A stretch of DNA of 63,312 nucleotides, counting the filler, from Candidatus Tectimicrobiota bacterium (GTDB lineage Bacteria; JACPSX01): assembly GCA_016193065.1 (NCBI GenBank). It is 5 parts of 5 records of this genome, joined end to end, with 100 filler letters (N's around TTAATTAATTAA, not from the genome) between each part and the next. Parts side by side here need not be neighbours in the genome. Positions count along the whole stretch, not along the records: positions 1 to 22,978 come from JACPSX010000183.1; positions 23,079 to 27,679 come from JACPSX010000184.1; 3 more parts are not named here. One strand, 5' to 3'. Below the pieces are notes generated by a model, which was not told the origin of the DNA, did not search any database, and worked only from the letters and a program-made list of their open reading frames with translations. Below, piece by piece: positions 11,271 through 23,671 of this stretch. The position numbers were made by a program, and so were the translations under genes. The first letter of the stretch is position 1; each line of letters starts with the position of its first letter.

Positions 11271-11352
11271 ACCCGACCCCCCCGTTTAAAGCCCTTGACA
11301 AATCAGCCGTAATTCTACTCTCGCCGGAGGATGAAAGGCAAGTTGTTTCCCG

Positions 11353-11370
11353 TTGTTCCACGTGGAACAA
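11353..11370. promoter_or_regulatory. parS centromere site
   Basis: Perfect palindrome TTGTTCCACGTGGAACAA matching the consensus TGTTNCACGTGAAACA, just upstream of parA. Confidence 0.93.
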
Positions 11371-11372
11371 AC

Positions 11373-12038
11373 CTACAGCCCGCGACGTCGAATGGTCACA
11401 AACCGGAGCCGTGCTCCCCACGGGGACAAGATCTCTTGTACTCCTTCCAGATCTCCCCCAAAGCGCTCACAACGGCCGGATGCCTGGGCGATTTCTTGCT
11501 CAAACCCCTCGCCTTTTTGGGTAATGAGAACTCCTCCAGGACTCATCAGGGGAAGACAGGAGGAAACAAGCCGGGGGAGCTTCAGGGCCGCCCTGGAAAC
11601 CACGACCTGAAACTGACCCCTCCAGGACTCATCCCGGGCCAATTCCTGAAGGTCCGCCCCCACCACGTGCAGGCCAGGGAGCCCCAGCAGAGCAGCCATA
11701 TGTTTCAAAAAACTCGCTTTCCGGCGGGAGCGCTCGAGCAAAGTCCAGGTCCCTTCCGGATGCAAGATCTTCAGCGGGATTCCCGGGATGCCGGCGCCGC
11801 TTCCCACATCCAGGAACCTTCCGCCCGGCTCCTCCTGGGGTAAGGGCCAGAGGGCAGCAGCAGCAAACAGGGATCTGATAATCCCGGCTTCGTCGCGCAG
11901 TCCCGTCAAATTCACCACCCGATTCCAGCGCTGAATCTCTCGGAGGTAGGTCAGGAAGAAGGCCTTTTGCACGGGCTGCAAGGAGACCCCTAACCGCTCA
12001 AATTCTAGGGAAAGAAGGTCTTCAAGCGGTGCGTTCAT
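11373..12038 (-). CDS. rsmG: 16S rRNA m7G527 methyltransferase RsmG (GidB)
   Basis: WNRVVNLTG, LDVGSGAGIPG and VVSRA motifs; start at ATG 12038 or GTG 12128. Confidence 0.9.
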   Translation of the reverse strand: MNAPLEDLLSLEFERLGVSLQPVQKAFFLTYLREIQRWNRVVNLTGLRDEAGIIRSLFAAAALWPLPQEEPGGRFLDVGSGAGIPGIPLKILHPEGTWTLLERSRRKASFLKHMAALLGLPGLHVVGADLQELARDESWRGQFQVVVSRAALKLPRLVSSCLPLMSPGGVLITQKGEGFEQEIAQASGRCERFGGDLEGVQEILSPWGARLRFVTIRRRGL

Positions 12039-12182
12039 GGGGGAGGCAGATTTCACAGGCTTGCCGGGACGCCAGATCCCGCGCCCAGAGGCCCATCTCC
12101 CGGACCGGGACTCGGCCCCCTTGCTCACGCCGGTTCCTGGTCTCCCCTGCTAATCCCGGGAACAGAACGGGCAGACTGGATG

Positions 12183-12848
12183 TCACGGATTAGGCAGCTC
12201 AGGGGCAGCCTCTTCTCTTCTCCGGAGCAGGGCGATCATCACTTGGCGGTGGTCCCCATCCCCGGTGCTGAACGTCTCGACAAAGCGGTCATTTTTTAAC
12301 GATAGATGGATGACGCGTCGATCCCACGAACTCATGGGAGCCAGGGTGACAGCCTTGCCTGAAGATTTGACCTCTTGGGCCGCCTTTCGAGCCAAGCTCT
12401 GGAGGCGCTCAATACGCCTCTCCCTGTACTCCGCGGTGTCAATCACAACCCGGGTCCGTTCCCCCCCCACCGCCCTCCGGTTCACGATTCGGTTGACAAG
12501 ATACTGGAGAGCATCGATCGTCTCGCCGTGCCGCCCAATCAGCAACCCGCCGTCACTGCTGAGAATCTTCAAGCTGACCGTGCCGTTCTCTTCCTGTCCT
12601 TGTGCGGTCCCATTCACACCCATCCGCTGGAGCAATGCCTCCAGAATCTCCACGGCACGCTGGACTGCGGATGTCGTCGGTGTGCGGCCCACCCGGATCC
12701 GCACATTGGCGCTGCCGAAAAATCCCAGAAGGGGACGATTTTCTTCCAAAACCTCGACGACTACTTCCTCCCGTCTTGCTCTCAACCGGCTCAAGGCTCT
12801 CTCAATCGCCTCGTCAATTGACTTCCCTTCTTCCTCAATCCAGTCCAT
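12183..12848 (-). CDS. jag: Jag/EloR RNA-binding protein (Jag_N, KH, R3H)
   Basis: EGKSIDEAI Jag-N, LIGRHGETIDALQY KH and DRRVIH R3H motifs. Confidence 0.93.
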   Translation of the reverse strand: MDWIEEEGKSIDEAIERALSRLRARREEVVVEVLEENRPLLGFFGSANVRIRVGRTPTTSAVQRAVEILEALLQRMGVNGTAQGQEENGTVSLKILSSDGGLLIGRHGETIDALQYLVNRIVNRRAVGGERTRVVIDTAEYRERRIERLQSLARKAAQEVKSSGKAVTLAPMSSWDRRVIHLSLKNDRFVETFSTGDGDHRQVMIALLRRREEAAPELPNP

Positions 12849-12882
12849 CTTGATGATCTCCTACCTGCTCCCTCCGGGCCCT

Positions 12883-14460
12883 TTACGAAGCCCGTTCCCG
12901 GCTCTGTTGCCAATTCATGAAATATTGCTGGGCGATGGTCAGGACGTTGTTCACAAGCCAGTATATGACCAGCCCCACTGGAAAATTCAGGAACATAATC
13001 GTGAAGACAATCGGCATCAGCATCATGATCTTGGCTTGCATGGGATCCGCTGCCGAGGGAGTCATTTTTTGTTGGATCACCATGGAGATCCCCATGAGGA
13101 TGGGCCAAACGTAGTACGGGTCTTTGGCCGAAAGATCCGTGATCCACCAGAAAAACGGCGTGTGTCTCAGCTCAATGGCGTCCAAAAGCACCCGGTAAAG
13201 AGCAAAAAATACAGGGATTTGTAGTAACATGGGGAAGCAGCCACCCATGGGAGTTAGCTTCCGTTCCCGGTATAGGCTCATGACTTCCTGATTGAGGCGC
13301 TGCTTGTCGTTCTTGTAGAGCTGTTGCAGTCTTTTGATTTGTGGTTGGAGCGCTTGCATCTTCTGCATGGACTTAAAGCTTTTGTGGGTCAAGGGGGAAA
13401 AGAGCACTTTGATCACCACCGTCAGCAGAATAATGGCCACCCCGTAGTTCTTGGTGAACCCATACAAAAAGCGCAGCAAATCCAAGAGCGGCTTGGCCAG
13501 AAAGCTAAACCAGCCATAATCGATCACGCGCTCCAGCCCTACTCCCAGAGCCTCCAACCGTTCATGCTCTTTGGGCCCGACAAACAGCGAAAATCGCCTC
13601 TCCCCAGGGGGGAGGCTCAACCCAACAAAGTCTCTCTCCGCGGTATCCCGGAAGAAAATCGCCTCTTGTCCTCTTTGGGCCAAGAAAGCCGCGAGAAAAT
13701 ACTTGTTTTGCAGGGCGGCCCACTTCACCTCCCCGGAAACACGAGAGGGGGCACCCCCGGCTACAGGCTCCTCTTTCTCAAGTTTCTCATTACTGAACGC
13801 CACCGGCCCCTCATATCCACCCGACTGGCTACTGTCGCTCCCTTGCCCAAGTCCGGGGCCCCAAAAAACCGCCAAAGAGCTCAGGTCCTCGTTTCCTCCT
13901 TTGGCGACGACTTCCGTTTCGATCTGATATTTCCCCCGCTGGAAACGGAACCGCTTTTGGATTTCCAGCCCGGAATCGGTCTTTAGTGAGAATACGAGGT
14001 CTGCGCTTGGCGCCCTTCCGTCCACGGTCAGGGAGCGCCGGGAAGCCGCGTATATCCCCTCATTGGCGAGTCTCGAGAGCTCATCGGATGGGAACTCCAG
14101 ATAGAGCGGGAGCGCAGCGCCAGGGGTGTCCCTTACCATGTCGATGGGCTCACCCTGCATTGAGACCCGGTAGTTTTTGAGGAGATATTTCTTGATCTGC
14201 CCTCCCCGGGTTGTAAAAACAACCCTCACCAGATCGGTTTCCACGACCACATCCTGGCCGCGAGAGTCACTCGAGGGAAGGCTCTGCGGTGTGGGCGCGA
14301 CGGCAGGGGCTTCCTTCTGGGCAGGTGCGACGGCTGGTGTTTTCTCCTTGTCGGGGGTGGCTGGTTTCTCCCGCTGGGTCGCTGGCGGGGCAAAGAGGAC
14401 TTGATACAGAACGATGATGACAAACGAAAGAAGCACAGCAAGAATCGCTCGTTTTTCCAT
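12883..14460 (-). CDS. yidC: Membrane protein insertase YidC
   Basis: DYGWFSFLAKP, GGCFPMLLQIPVFFALY and GLVIYW motifs. Confidence 0.96.
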   Translation of the reverse strand: MEKRAILAVLLSFVIIVLYQVLFAPPATQREKPATPDKEKTPAVAPAQKEAPAVAPTPQSLPSSDSRGQDVVVETDLVRVVFTTRGGQIKKYLLKNYRVSMQGEPIDMVRDTPGAALPLYLEFPSDELSRLANEGIYAASRRSLTVDGRAPSADLVFSLKTDSGLEIQKRFRFQRGKYQIETEVVAKGGNEDLSSLAVFWGPGLGQGSDSSQSGGYEGPVAFSNEKLEKEEPVAGGAPSRVSGEVKWAALQNKYFLAAFLAQRGQEAIFFRDTAERDFVGLSLPPGERRFSLFVGPKEHERLEALGVGLERVIDYGWFSFLAKPLLDLLRFLYGFTKNYGVAIILLTVVIKVLFSPLTHKSFKSMQKMQALQPQIKRLQQLYKNDKQRLNQEVMSLYRERKLTPMGGCFPMLLQIPVFFALYRVLLDAIELRHTPFFWWITDLSAKDPYYVWPILMGISMVIQQKMTPSAADPMQAKIMMLMPIVFTIMFLNFPVGLVIYWLVNNVLTIAQQYFMNWQQSRERAS

Positions 14461-14650
14461 TGGATCTACCTATGTGGTACGGATTTCATCCCTGCGGGCC
14501 GCTGCAAAACGCCGACACCCCCGCATTGGTGCAGCGCCCGCTCCAGCATCTGGCGAGTGTCCTCCCGGCGTCCCTCTCTGCCGTCTCGGTTGTCCCCGTC
14601 ACGGCGGCAGGATCTGTTGGGCGGCTGGCCTTGGCCTCCTCGGGGCCTTT

Positions 14651-14893
14651 TCAGCACCTTCCTGGAGGGAAATCAACGCCCCCGGGGTGGAACGGGTGAC
14701 ACCGCAGGATCCTGCCCAGAGCAAGCCAGCATCCCCGCAGCACGCCGCAGCTTTGCACCGCCAAGCGCGCGTATTCCGAGCACGAAGGGTAGAATCGGCA
14801 ACAGCGCGGCAGGAGAGGGGAAAAGAGGCGCTGGTACACCCCGATGGCCCCCACGAAAAGACCTGGTACAGGATTCCGCTCTTGCCTGTTCAC
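14651..14893 (-). CDS. yidD: Membrane protein insertion efficiency factor YidD
   Basis: [17 protein letters not shown] and [11 protein letters not shown] motifs. Confidence 0.92.
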   Translation of the reverse strand: MNRQERNPVPGLFVGAIGVYQRLFSPLLPRCCRFYPSCSEYARLAVQSCGVLRGCWLALGRILRCHPFHPGGVDFPPGRC

Positions 14894-15255
14894 CCCATTT
14901 TCCCTTCCGAAAAGTGCGCCAGCGCCCCAAGGACTTCCCGGCAGGCTACCTCAAAGGATACCTCCAGCAGAGCCGGTCGGGCAATGAACACCATATCCAG
15001 CCCGCCGGGAAGGCGCTCCTTGTGGCGGCGCAGGATTTCCCGCAACCGCCTTCTGGCCCGATTCCGTTGGACGTGAGTTCCCAGAGAACGAGCCGCCGCC
15101 AAACCCACCCGTGTTTTTCTTTCCACCCCCGGCACCCACACCAGAACAATACAGCGACATACCTGGCGCCGTCCCAAATTATAGACCAGCCGGAAATCTT
15201 GGCTCTTACGTAAACGCCATTTCTTCGGCCAGCTAAGGTCTGCCCTCTTCTCCAT
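14890..15255 (-). CDS. rnpA: Ribonuclease P protein component
   Basis: [14 protein letters not shown] and [12 protein letters not shown] (RNR motif); lies between rpmH and yidD. Confidence 0.9.
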   Translation of the reverse strand: MEKRADLSWPKKWRLRKSQDFRLVYNLGRRQVCRCIVLVWVPGVERKTRVGLAAARSLGTHVQRNRARRRLREILRRHKERLPGGLDMVFIARPALLEVSFEVACREVLGALAHFSEGKMG

Positions 15256-15266
15256 CCCAATGGATA

Positions 15267-15401
15267 TCACACCGCGAGCCGTTGTCTCCCTTTCGCACGC
15301 CGGGCCTTCAAAACCAGACGCCCCCCCTTGGTTTGCATTCGAGCCCTGAAGCCGTGGGTGCGCTTGCGCTTGACATTGCTTGGCTGGTAGGTCCTTTTCA
15401 C
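15267..15401 (-). CDS. rpmH: 50S ribosomal protein L34 (not in the ORF track)
   Basis: Manual translation from [47 protein letters not shown], 44 aa. Confidence 0.96.
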   Translation of the reverse strand: MKRTYQPSNVKRKRTHGFRARMQTKGGRLVLKARRAKGRQRLAV

Positions 15402-15878
15402 TTGTGGCTCCCTTTGCCTGTTTTTCGCTTCGCGAAGGCATTAAAACTTCCCAAGGAGAAACTCGCAACTTTAAAAATTTTATCTCCTTTTTGTCAAGAA
15501 ATATTTTGTCCTGTTTCCATCACTAGTTGCAAGCCAGAAGCCGTAGAAGCCGCGCCGAATCGGGTTTCTCCTCTCTCACCCTCGCCGAACCCCTTTCCGG
15601 GACGGACTTGTCCGGGGTCCCTTTCCCTATGGAAGGCCAAATCCTCCAGTCTCCATAACAAACGCATTATCAAGTGGTTGCATTTTCTCCTGCGGCCTTG
15701 ACCTGGGGAAACCCCTCTGCTAGGATGCGCCATCTCGGATCGACTGAAAAGGGGAGTTGCGCTTGGCTGGGCAACCAGCTACGTGGCCTCCTTTCACTGT
15801 GCGCGCAAGAGTCCGGCCCGCCACCATCGGGAAGATTCCAGGGCGGGCCAGACTCTATCAGGCGGAAGGTACCTTTAG

Positions 15879-15918
15879 TTATACACAGTTGTGGAAAACC
15901 CTGTGGACAACTTCCACA
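15879..15918. promoter_or_regulatory. DnaA-box cluster upstream of dnaA (oriC half and/or autoregulation)
   Basis: TTATACACA 15879-15887 (consensus), TGTGGAAAA 15890-15898, TGTGGACAA 15902-15910, ACTTCCACA 15910-15918. Confidence 0.82.
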
Positions 15919-15951
15919 ACCAGACCTGCATCGCAAGGGGGCAATTTCTCC

Positions 15952-17292
15952 ATGCGTGACCTTTGGTACAAAAGCTTAAAAGAGATTGAAAAAAAGGTAA
16001 GTCGGCAGATTCTTGACACCTGGTTCCGGCCCATCTCCATCCATTCTGTCTCTCCTGGAAGGGTCGAGATTGCCGTCCCGAACAAGTTTTACAAAGACTG
16101 GCTGGCTGAGCATTATCATGTCCTCATCCGGGATAGCGTCAGTTCCATTGCAGGCCGTCCCCTGGAAGTCTCCTGGGTCGTCGACGAGAGCTTGTCCCTG
16201 ACGGATTCCAACCCGGAGGACCTTCCCGACAGGAAGTTTGCCCCTTCGGCTCCTGAGCCAGAACCTTTGTCTTGCACCTTTTTGAATCCCCGTTACACCT
16301 TCTCAAGTTTCGTGGTCGGATCCTGCAACCAGTTTGCTCACGCTGCCTGCGTTGCCGTGGCTGAGACTCCCGCCTATACCTACAATCCCCTTTTCATCTA
16401 CGCAGGGGTGGGGCTGGGCAAGACCCACCTGATGCACGCCATTGGCAACTACTTGTGCACCACCAGAAATTCCACCCGGCTTGCCTACATTTCCTCGGAG
16501 ACCTTCGTCAATGATCTGATCCTCTCCATCCAAAGAGATCGAACGGCAGAATTTCGGGCCAAGTACCGCAACATCGACGTCCTGCTGATGGATGATATAC
16601 AGTTCCTGGCTGGAAAAGACCGTTCTCAGGAGGAATTCTTCCACACGTTCAATACACTGTTCGACTCGCGCAAGCAAATCGTCCTGTCCTGCGATCGCTA
16701 CCCGCGGGACATCCCCACGCTTGAGGAGCGCCTGCGCTCGCGATTCGAGTGGGGCTTGGTCGCTGACATGCAGCCCCCCGACCTGGAAACCAAAGTGGCG
16801 ATTCTCAACCAGAAAGCAGAAGAACGGGGGGCTCTCCTTCCCCAGGACGTGTCCCTATTTATCGCCGCCAAGATCAAATCCAACGTCCGGGAACTGGAAG
16901 GCTGCCTGAATCGCCTCATGGCCCTTTCCTCTCTGTCGGGACGGCCCCTCAGCTTGGCGCTGGCCGAAGAGACCTTGCAGGACTTTTTTTCCCGCCCTAC
17001 GGCTTCCCCGGATCTCAATGCAATCCAGAATGCCGTGGCTGAGTACTTCCATCTGCGCCCAGGGGATCTCAAATCCAAGCGCCGCACTCGTTCTATTGCC
17101 CTGCCTCGCCAGGTGGCCATGTACCTGTGCCGGCAGCTGACCTCCGCATCTCTGCCTGAGATTGGCCGTTTCTTCGGGGGCAAGGATCACACCACCGTCA
17201 TTCATGCCTGCAACAAGATTCTCAATTCCCTGGCCAAAGACCCCAAGATTGCCGCCTCGGTAAACGACCTCCTGCGCACCCTGAAGACCTGA
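15952..17292 (+). CDS. dnaA: Chromosomal replication initiator DnaA
   Basis: YNPLFIYAGVGLGKTHL, LMDDIQF, RELEG and GGKDHTTVIHA; ATG 15952 (MRDLW) is the likely start. Confidence 0.98.
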   Translation: MRDLWYKSLKEIEKKVSRQILDTWFRPISIHSVSPGRVEIAVPNKFYKDWLAEHYHVLIRDSVSSIAGRPLEVSWVVDESLSLTDSNPEDLPDRKFAPSAPEPEPLSCTFLNPRYTFSSFVVGSCNQFAHAACVAVAETPAYTYNPLFIYAGVGLGKTHLMHAIGNYLCTTRNSTRLAYISSETFVNDLILSIQRDRTAEFRAKYRNIDVLLMDDIQFLAGKDRSQEEFFHTFNTLFDSRKQIVLSCDRYPRDIPTLEERLRSRFEWGLVADMQPPDLETKVAILNQKAEERGALLPQDVSLFIAAKIKSNVRELEGCLNRLMALSSLSGRPLSLALAEETLQDFFSRPTASPDLNAIQNAVAEYFHLRPGDLKSKRRTRSIALPRQVAMYLCRQLTSASLPEIGRFFGGKDHTTVIHACNKILNSLAKDPKIAASVNDLLRTLKT

Positions 17293-17492
17293 AAAATCCG
17301 TGGGATCTCTGGGACTTTTGTGTTAAAATTTAAAGGATTACCAGATTGCCGGGGAGGCAGGGTAACCATTGTGAACAACTTGTTCTCGCCGAGAGTCTCT
17401 GTGTTCGACGTTGGTTTTGAGGGTTATCCACATATTCACACTACGGATCCTATGACTCTCCAATTTCTAAATCTCTGAGGAGGAGAGCGGAT
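17293..17492. promoter_or_regulatory. Probable oriC in the dnaA-dnaN intergenic region
   Basis: TTATCCACA 17424-17432 (perfect), ATATTCACA 17432-17440, TGTGAACAA 17370-17378; AT-rich stretch at 17316-17340. Confidence 0.72.
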
Positions 17493-18587
17493 ATGGAGTT
17501 TCGCGTCTCTAGAGAACCGCTCCTGAAGGTCGTGCAGAGACTGCAACCAGTGGCTGAAAGGAAAAGTACGCTACCGATTCTCGGCAACATTCTCATCTCG
17601 GCCAAAGCCAACGGCGTTGATTTCTACGCAACGGACCTGGACATCGGATACCGAGACTTTACGGAAGCGGAAATCAAGAAGGAAGGAGCCATAACGGTTC
17701 CAGCCAAATCTCTTCACGAGATTCTGCGCGAGCTTCCTCCTGGAGTTCAGGTCCGGGTGGATGAAGAAAAACAACGACTCCTCCTGCAGGCAGGCAATTC
17801 CAAATTTCGGCTTCCTGTTATGTCTCCTGAAGAGTTCCCATCGTTCCCAAACTACTCTAAGGAAAACTCGCTGGAAATTTCCGCGGAAATCCTCGCGGAA
17901 ATGATCCGTAAGACCATCTTCGCCATTTCCCCGGACGAAACCCGCTATACTCTGAACGGGGTCCTTCTCCAGCAAGACGAATCAGAAATGCGCATGGTGG
18001 CCACGGACGGTCATCGCCTGGCTATGATCCGGAAAAAAATTGCTGCGGGCTCCCCACGGAAAGCCATTATTCCCCGCAAGGCCCTGTCTGAGATCCGCAG
18101 GTTGTGTGAGGAAGAATCAGGAAACCTCTCCCTCATCCTCACGGAAACCCACCTGGTCGTCCTCCAGGGAGGGGTGATTTTCTTCAGCCGCTTGATCGAG
18201 GGGGAGTTTCCCGATTATCGCCAGGTGATCCCCAAAGAATGCAAGCGTTCGATCTCCGCGGAGCGCAAGCTCGTTTGGGATGCGGCCAGGCGAGTCTCTT
18301 TGCTGGCGGGAGAAAGGACGAAACCCGTTCGTCTGGAAATCTCTCCGGGAAGCCTCTGGATGCGTTCCCAGACCCCCGAGCTGGGAGAGGCGGAAGAACA
18401 AATTCCTGTTCGTTATGAAGGAGATGAGATCACCATTGGTTTCAACGGGCGCTACATCACGGAAGCCCTGGCGGCTCTGGACAGCCAAGAGGTTACCCTC
18501 GAGCTAAACGAACCCCTCACGCCCGGGATCCTGCGGCCGTTTCAAGATGAGGAATATCTCTGTGTGATTATGCCCATGCGGTTGTGA
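17493..18587 (+). CDS. dnaN: DNA polymerase III beta sliding clamp
   Basis: LPILGNIL, ATDGHRL, IEGEFPDY and VIMPMRL motifs. Confidence 0.97.
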   Translation: MEFRVSREPLLKVVQRLQPVAERKSTLPILGNILISAKANGVDFYATDLDIGYRDFTEAEIKKEGAITVPAKSLHEILRELPPGVQVRVDEEKQRLLLQAGNSKFRLPVMSPEEFPSFPNYSKENSLEISAEILAEMIRKTIFAISPDETRYTLNGVLLQQDESEMRMVATDGHRLAMIRKKIAAGSPRKAIIPRKALSEIRRLCEEESGNLSLILTETHLVVLQGGVIFFSRLIEGEFPDYRQVIPKECKRSISAERKLVWDAARRVSLLAGERTKPVRLEISPGSLWMRSQTPELGEAEEQIPVRYEGDEITIGFNGRYITEALAALDSQEVTLELNEPLTPGILRPFQDEEYLCVIMPMRL

Positions 18588-18600
18588 TGGTTGAAAAGAG

Positions 18601-19734
18601 GTGCCAGAAAGCGGCGTGCTGACAAAGGTATCCACGTACGGGTTCAGAAATTTATTAGACCAGGAGTTTTATCCCGCGGCGGGGCTGAACATCCTGTTAG
18701 GAGAAAATGCTCAGGGAAAGACCAACGTTCTTGAGGCCATATACCTCCTTAGGCATGCCCGATCTTTCCGGCCGGGAGGGCTTACGGACTACTGCCGATG
18801 GGGGCAGAGTGCCTTTGCCCTGGCCGCTATGATCCAGTTAGAGGGGGAGGCGCGGCAGGATCTGAGAATCCTTTTTGAGAATGGCAAGCGCAAAGCAACG
18901 GTCAACGGGAACGGCTGCGCCACAAGTCAAGGGTCGCTAAGGAGCGGCATGAGGGTTTGCGGTTTGTTCCCCGAAACGGTGGCTTGGTTGGAGGGAACAG
19001 CCTCTTCGCAGCGCCGCTATCTCGACCAGATGATCGTGAACATCGATGGGACCTACCTGCCGCTGGTGAGAGCGTTTCACCATGCCCTGGCCCAGAGAAA
19101 CGCCCTTCTCAAGATGTCTTCCTATCCCGGCTGGGATCTGGCTATGGAAAGCTGGGAAGAGAAGCTCGCTTCCTTGGGTTCCCGGATCATTCTGACCCGC
19201 AGGTTCTGGGCCGCGGCGATTCAGAAGCGGGTAGCGCTGGCGGGAAAAAGCTGGCCGGGGGATGTCCGGGTGGAGATTTCCTATACGCCGAGCGGCGAGG
19301 ATTGGGCGGGCGAGGACCAGGCTGAGGAGCTCCAGGCCGGACTGGCTGCTGGTTTGCGCCGCTGCCGGCCGGAAGAGAAGCGCTACGGTGCGACGCTCGT
19401 CGGACCCCATCGGGACCGGGTCCGTTTTTTCAATGGGGGGGTGGATCTAAAACCCTGCGGCTCACGAGGCGAGAGATGGCTTGCCGCCATCCTCTTGTTG
19501 GTTGCCGAGGTCTCCCTGTGCCGGGAGGCCGGCTATAGCCCGATTGTTCTCATGGATGAGATTGAGGCGGAACTGGACAACTGCCGGGCGGCTAGCGCGG
19601 CGCTGCTCGTGGAGAAATTCGAGTGCTGCCAGGTCTTCGCGACGAGCCTTGGCAAGGGAGCCTTGTGGGCTGTGTGCTCAGGGAAAAGCCAGGTTTTTGA
19701 AGTGAGGCAAGGGCAGTTGAGGACCGCAGCGTAA
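18601..19734 (+). CDS. recF: DNA replication/repair protein RecF (divergent)
   Basis: GENAQGKTN Walker A, QRNALL and GPHRD; lies between dnaN and gyrB. Confidence 0.88.
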   Translation: MPESGVLTKVSTYGFRNLLDQEFYPAAGLNILLGENAQGKTNVLEAIYLLRHARSFRPGGLTDYCRWGQSAFALAAMIQLEGEARQDLRILFENGKRKATVNGNGCATSQGSLRSGMRVCGLFPETVAWLEGTASSQRRYLDQMIVNIDGTYLPLVRAFHHALAQRNALLKMSSYPGWDLAMESWEEKLASLGSRIILTRRFWAAAIQKRVALAGKSWPGDVRVEISYTPSGEDWAGEDQAEELQAGLAAGLRRCRPEEKRYGATLVGPHRDRVRFFNGGVDLKPCGSRGERWLAAILLLVAEVSLCREAGYSPIVLMDEIEAELDNCRAASAALLVEKFECCQVFATSLGKGALWAVCSGKSQVFEVRQGQLRTAA

Positions 19735-22185
<2,451 letters not shown>

Positions 22186-22229
22186 GAGAGCGGGCACAAA
22201 GTTAAGCTTCTGCACAAAGAGGAATAGCG

Positions 22230-22978
22230 ATGGCGGAGGTTTCAGCTCCGGAAGAGAAGCCGGTTCCAATCAAGATCGAAGATGAGATGAGGCAGTCCTA
22301 TCTGGATTACGCCATGAGCGTGATCATCGGCCGGGCCCTGCCGGATGTCCGGGATGGGCTCAAGCCCGTTCACCGCCGCACCCTCTTTGCAATGCACGAG
22401 ATGGGCCTTTTGTGGAACAAACCGTACAAGAAATCAGCCCGGCTCGTCGGAGACGTCATCGGTAAATATCATCCCCATGGGGACGCGGCGGCCTACGATA
22501 CCATCGTGAGGTTGGTGCAGGACTTTTCCATGCGCTATCCGCTGATCGATGGGCAGGGAAACTTCGGCTCCATCGATGGCGACGCAGCAGCAGCCATGCG
22601 CTACACGGAGATCCGCATGGCTCGCATTGCCCATGAGCTGCTGGTAGACATCGACAAGGAAACGGTTAATTTCGTCCCCAATTATGACGAATCCCAGCAG
22701 GAGCCGCAGGTTCTCCCTTCCCGGATTCCGAACCTCCTGATCAACGGGTCTTCGGGAATCGCCGTGGGGATGGCGACGAATATCCCTCCTCATAACTTGG
22801 GGGAGGTTGTAGACGGCTTGACCATGCTCCTCGACAATCCCCAGGCCACAATTGAGGATCTCATGGCCGAGATTAAGGGGCCCGACTTCCCCACCGCGGC
22901 CTTTATCCACGGGCGCCGCGGAATCGGGGAAGCGTATCGCACAGGTCGCGGCCTCCTTCAGCTCAGGGCTCGGGCCTT
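22230..22978 (+). CDS. gyrA: DNA gyrase subunit A, 5' part (truncated by the contig end)
   Basis: [17 protein letters not shown] and AAAMRYTE motifs. Confidence 0.97.
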
Positions 22979-23078
22979 NNNNNNNNNNNNNNNNNNNNNN
23001 NNNNNNNNNNNNNNNNNNNNNNTTAATTAATTAANNNNNNNNNNNNNNNNNNNNNNNNNNNNNNNNNNNNNNNNNNNN
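22979..23078. other. Artificial contig linker
   Basis: 100-nt N run containing TTAATTAATTAA (stops in all six frames). Confidence 0.98.
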
Positions 23079-23661
23079 ATTCTTTTTCGCTATCCTGGCT
23101 TCGGGACAGGGAAATACGCCGGCGCTGGTTCTGGCTATGGCCGTGCTTGGAACCACCCTCGGCTTCCTCCCATACAACTTGCCGATTTCGGATTTCGGAT
23201 TTCGGATTTCGGATTTACCACAAGGGAAGGCGCGAGCTGCGATTTTCATGGGTGATTCTGGAAGCCTTTTTCTAGGCTTTGCGCTGGCAAGCATCGCAAT
23301 CCTTTTTACGGACCGGCCTTACGATCTCGTCGCCTTTATCGCGCCGCTCATCGTCATCTCCATTCCCATCCTGGACACCGCCCTTGCCATCTTACGCCGG
23401 CTCATCCATGTGGAGGGGCCCTTCAGCGGCGACCGACAGCATCTCTACGACCTCCTGGCCGGTACGGGGTTGGGGAATGGACGGGCCGTCCTGATGATCT
23501 ATCTTACGAGCTTGATGCTCGGTACGCTCAGCCTCGTCATGATTCGCCTCACTCCCGTGTCGGTTGCTCTCCTGGCCACAGGAATCGTGACGATCCTGTG
23601 TCTCGTCGCCATCCGCCTGGGGGCCGTGAGGCATCCGGCGTCGCGACTGCCTGGGGGTTAA
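23079..23661 (+). CDS. MraY/WecA-family (GT4) undecaprenyl-phosphate sugar transferase, 3' part
   Basis: GFLPYN...IFMGDSGSLFLG, PILDT and DRQHL motifs; multiple TM segments. Confidence 0.85.
23184..23216 (+). repeat. (GATTTCG)4 + GATTT heptamer array inside the WecA-like CDS
   Basis: Read directly; translates in frame as ISDFGFRISDL. Confidence 0.95.
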
Positions 23662-23671
23662 GGGGCGACAG

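Noticed and set aside
14466-14657. 63-aa ORF between yidD and yidC
   Set aside because: Low-complexity Arg/Gly-rich sequence with no recognisable motif; cannot be supported.
15255-15951. N-terminal extensions of rnpA (to 15468) and dnaA (from 15757), and small ORFs in between
   Set aside because: The rnpA extension overlaps rpmH and the dnaA extension runs through the DnaA boxes; conserved domains start at 15255 and 15952.
22979-23078. TTAATTAATTAA motif repeated four times in N runs
   Set aside because: Identical 100-nt artificial linkers. Adjacency across them, such as gyrA next to glycan genes or pilin next to the ABC array, has no biological meaning.
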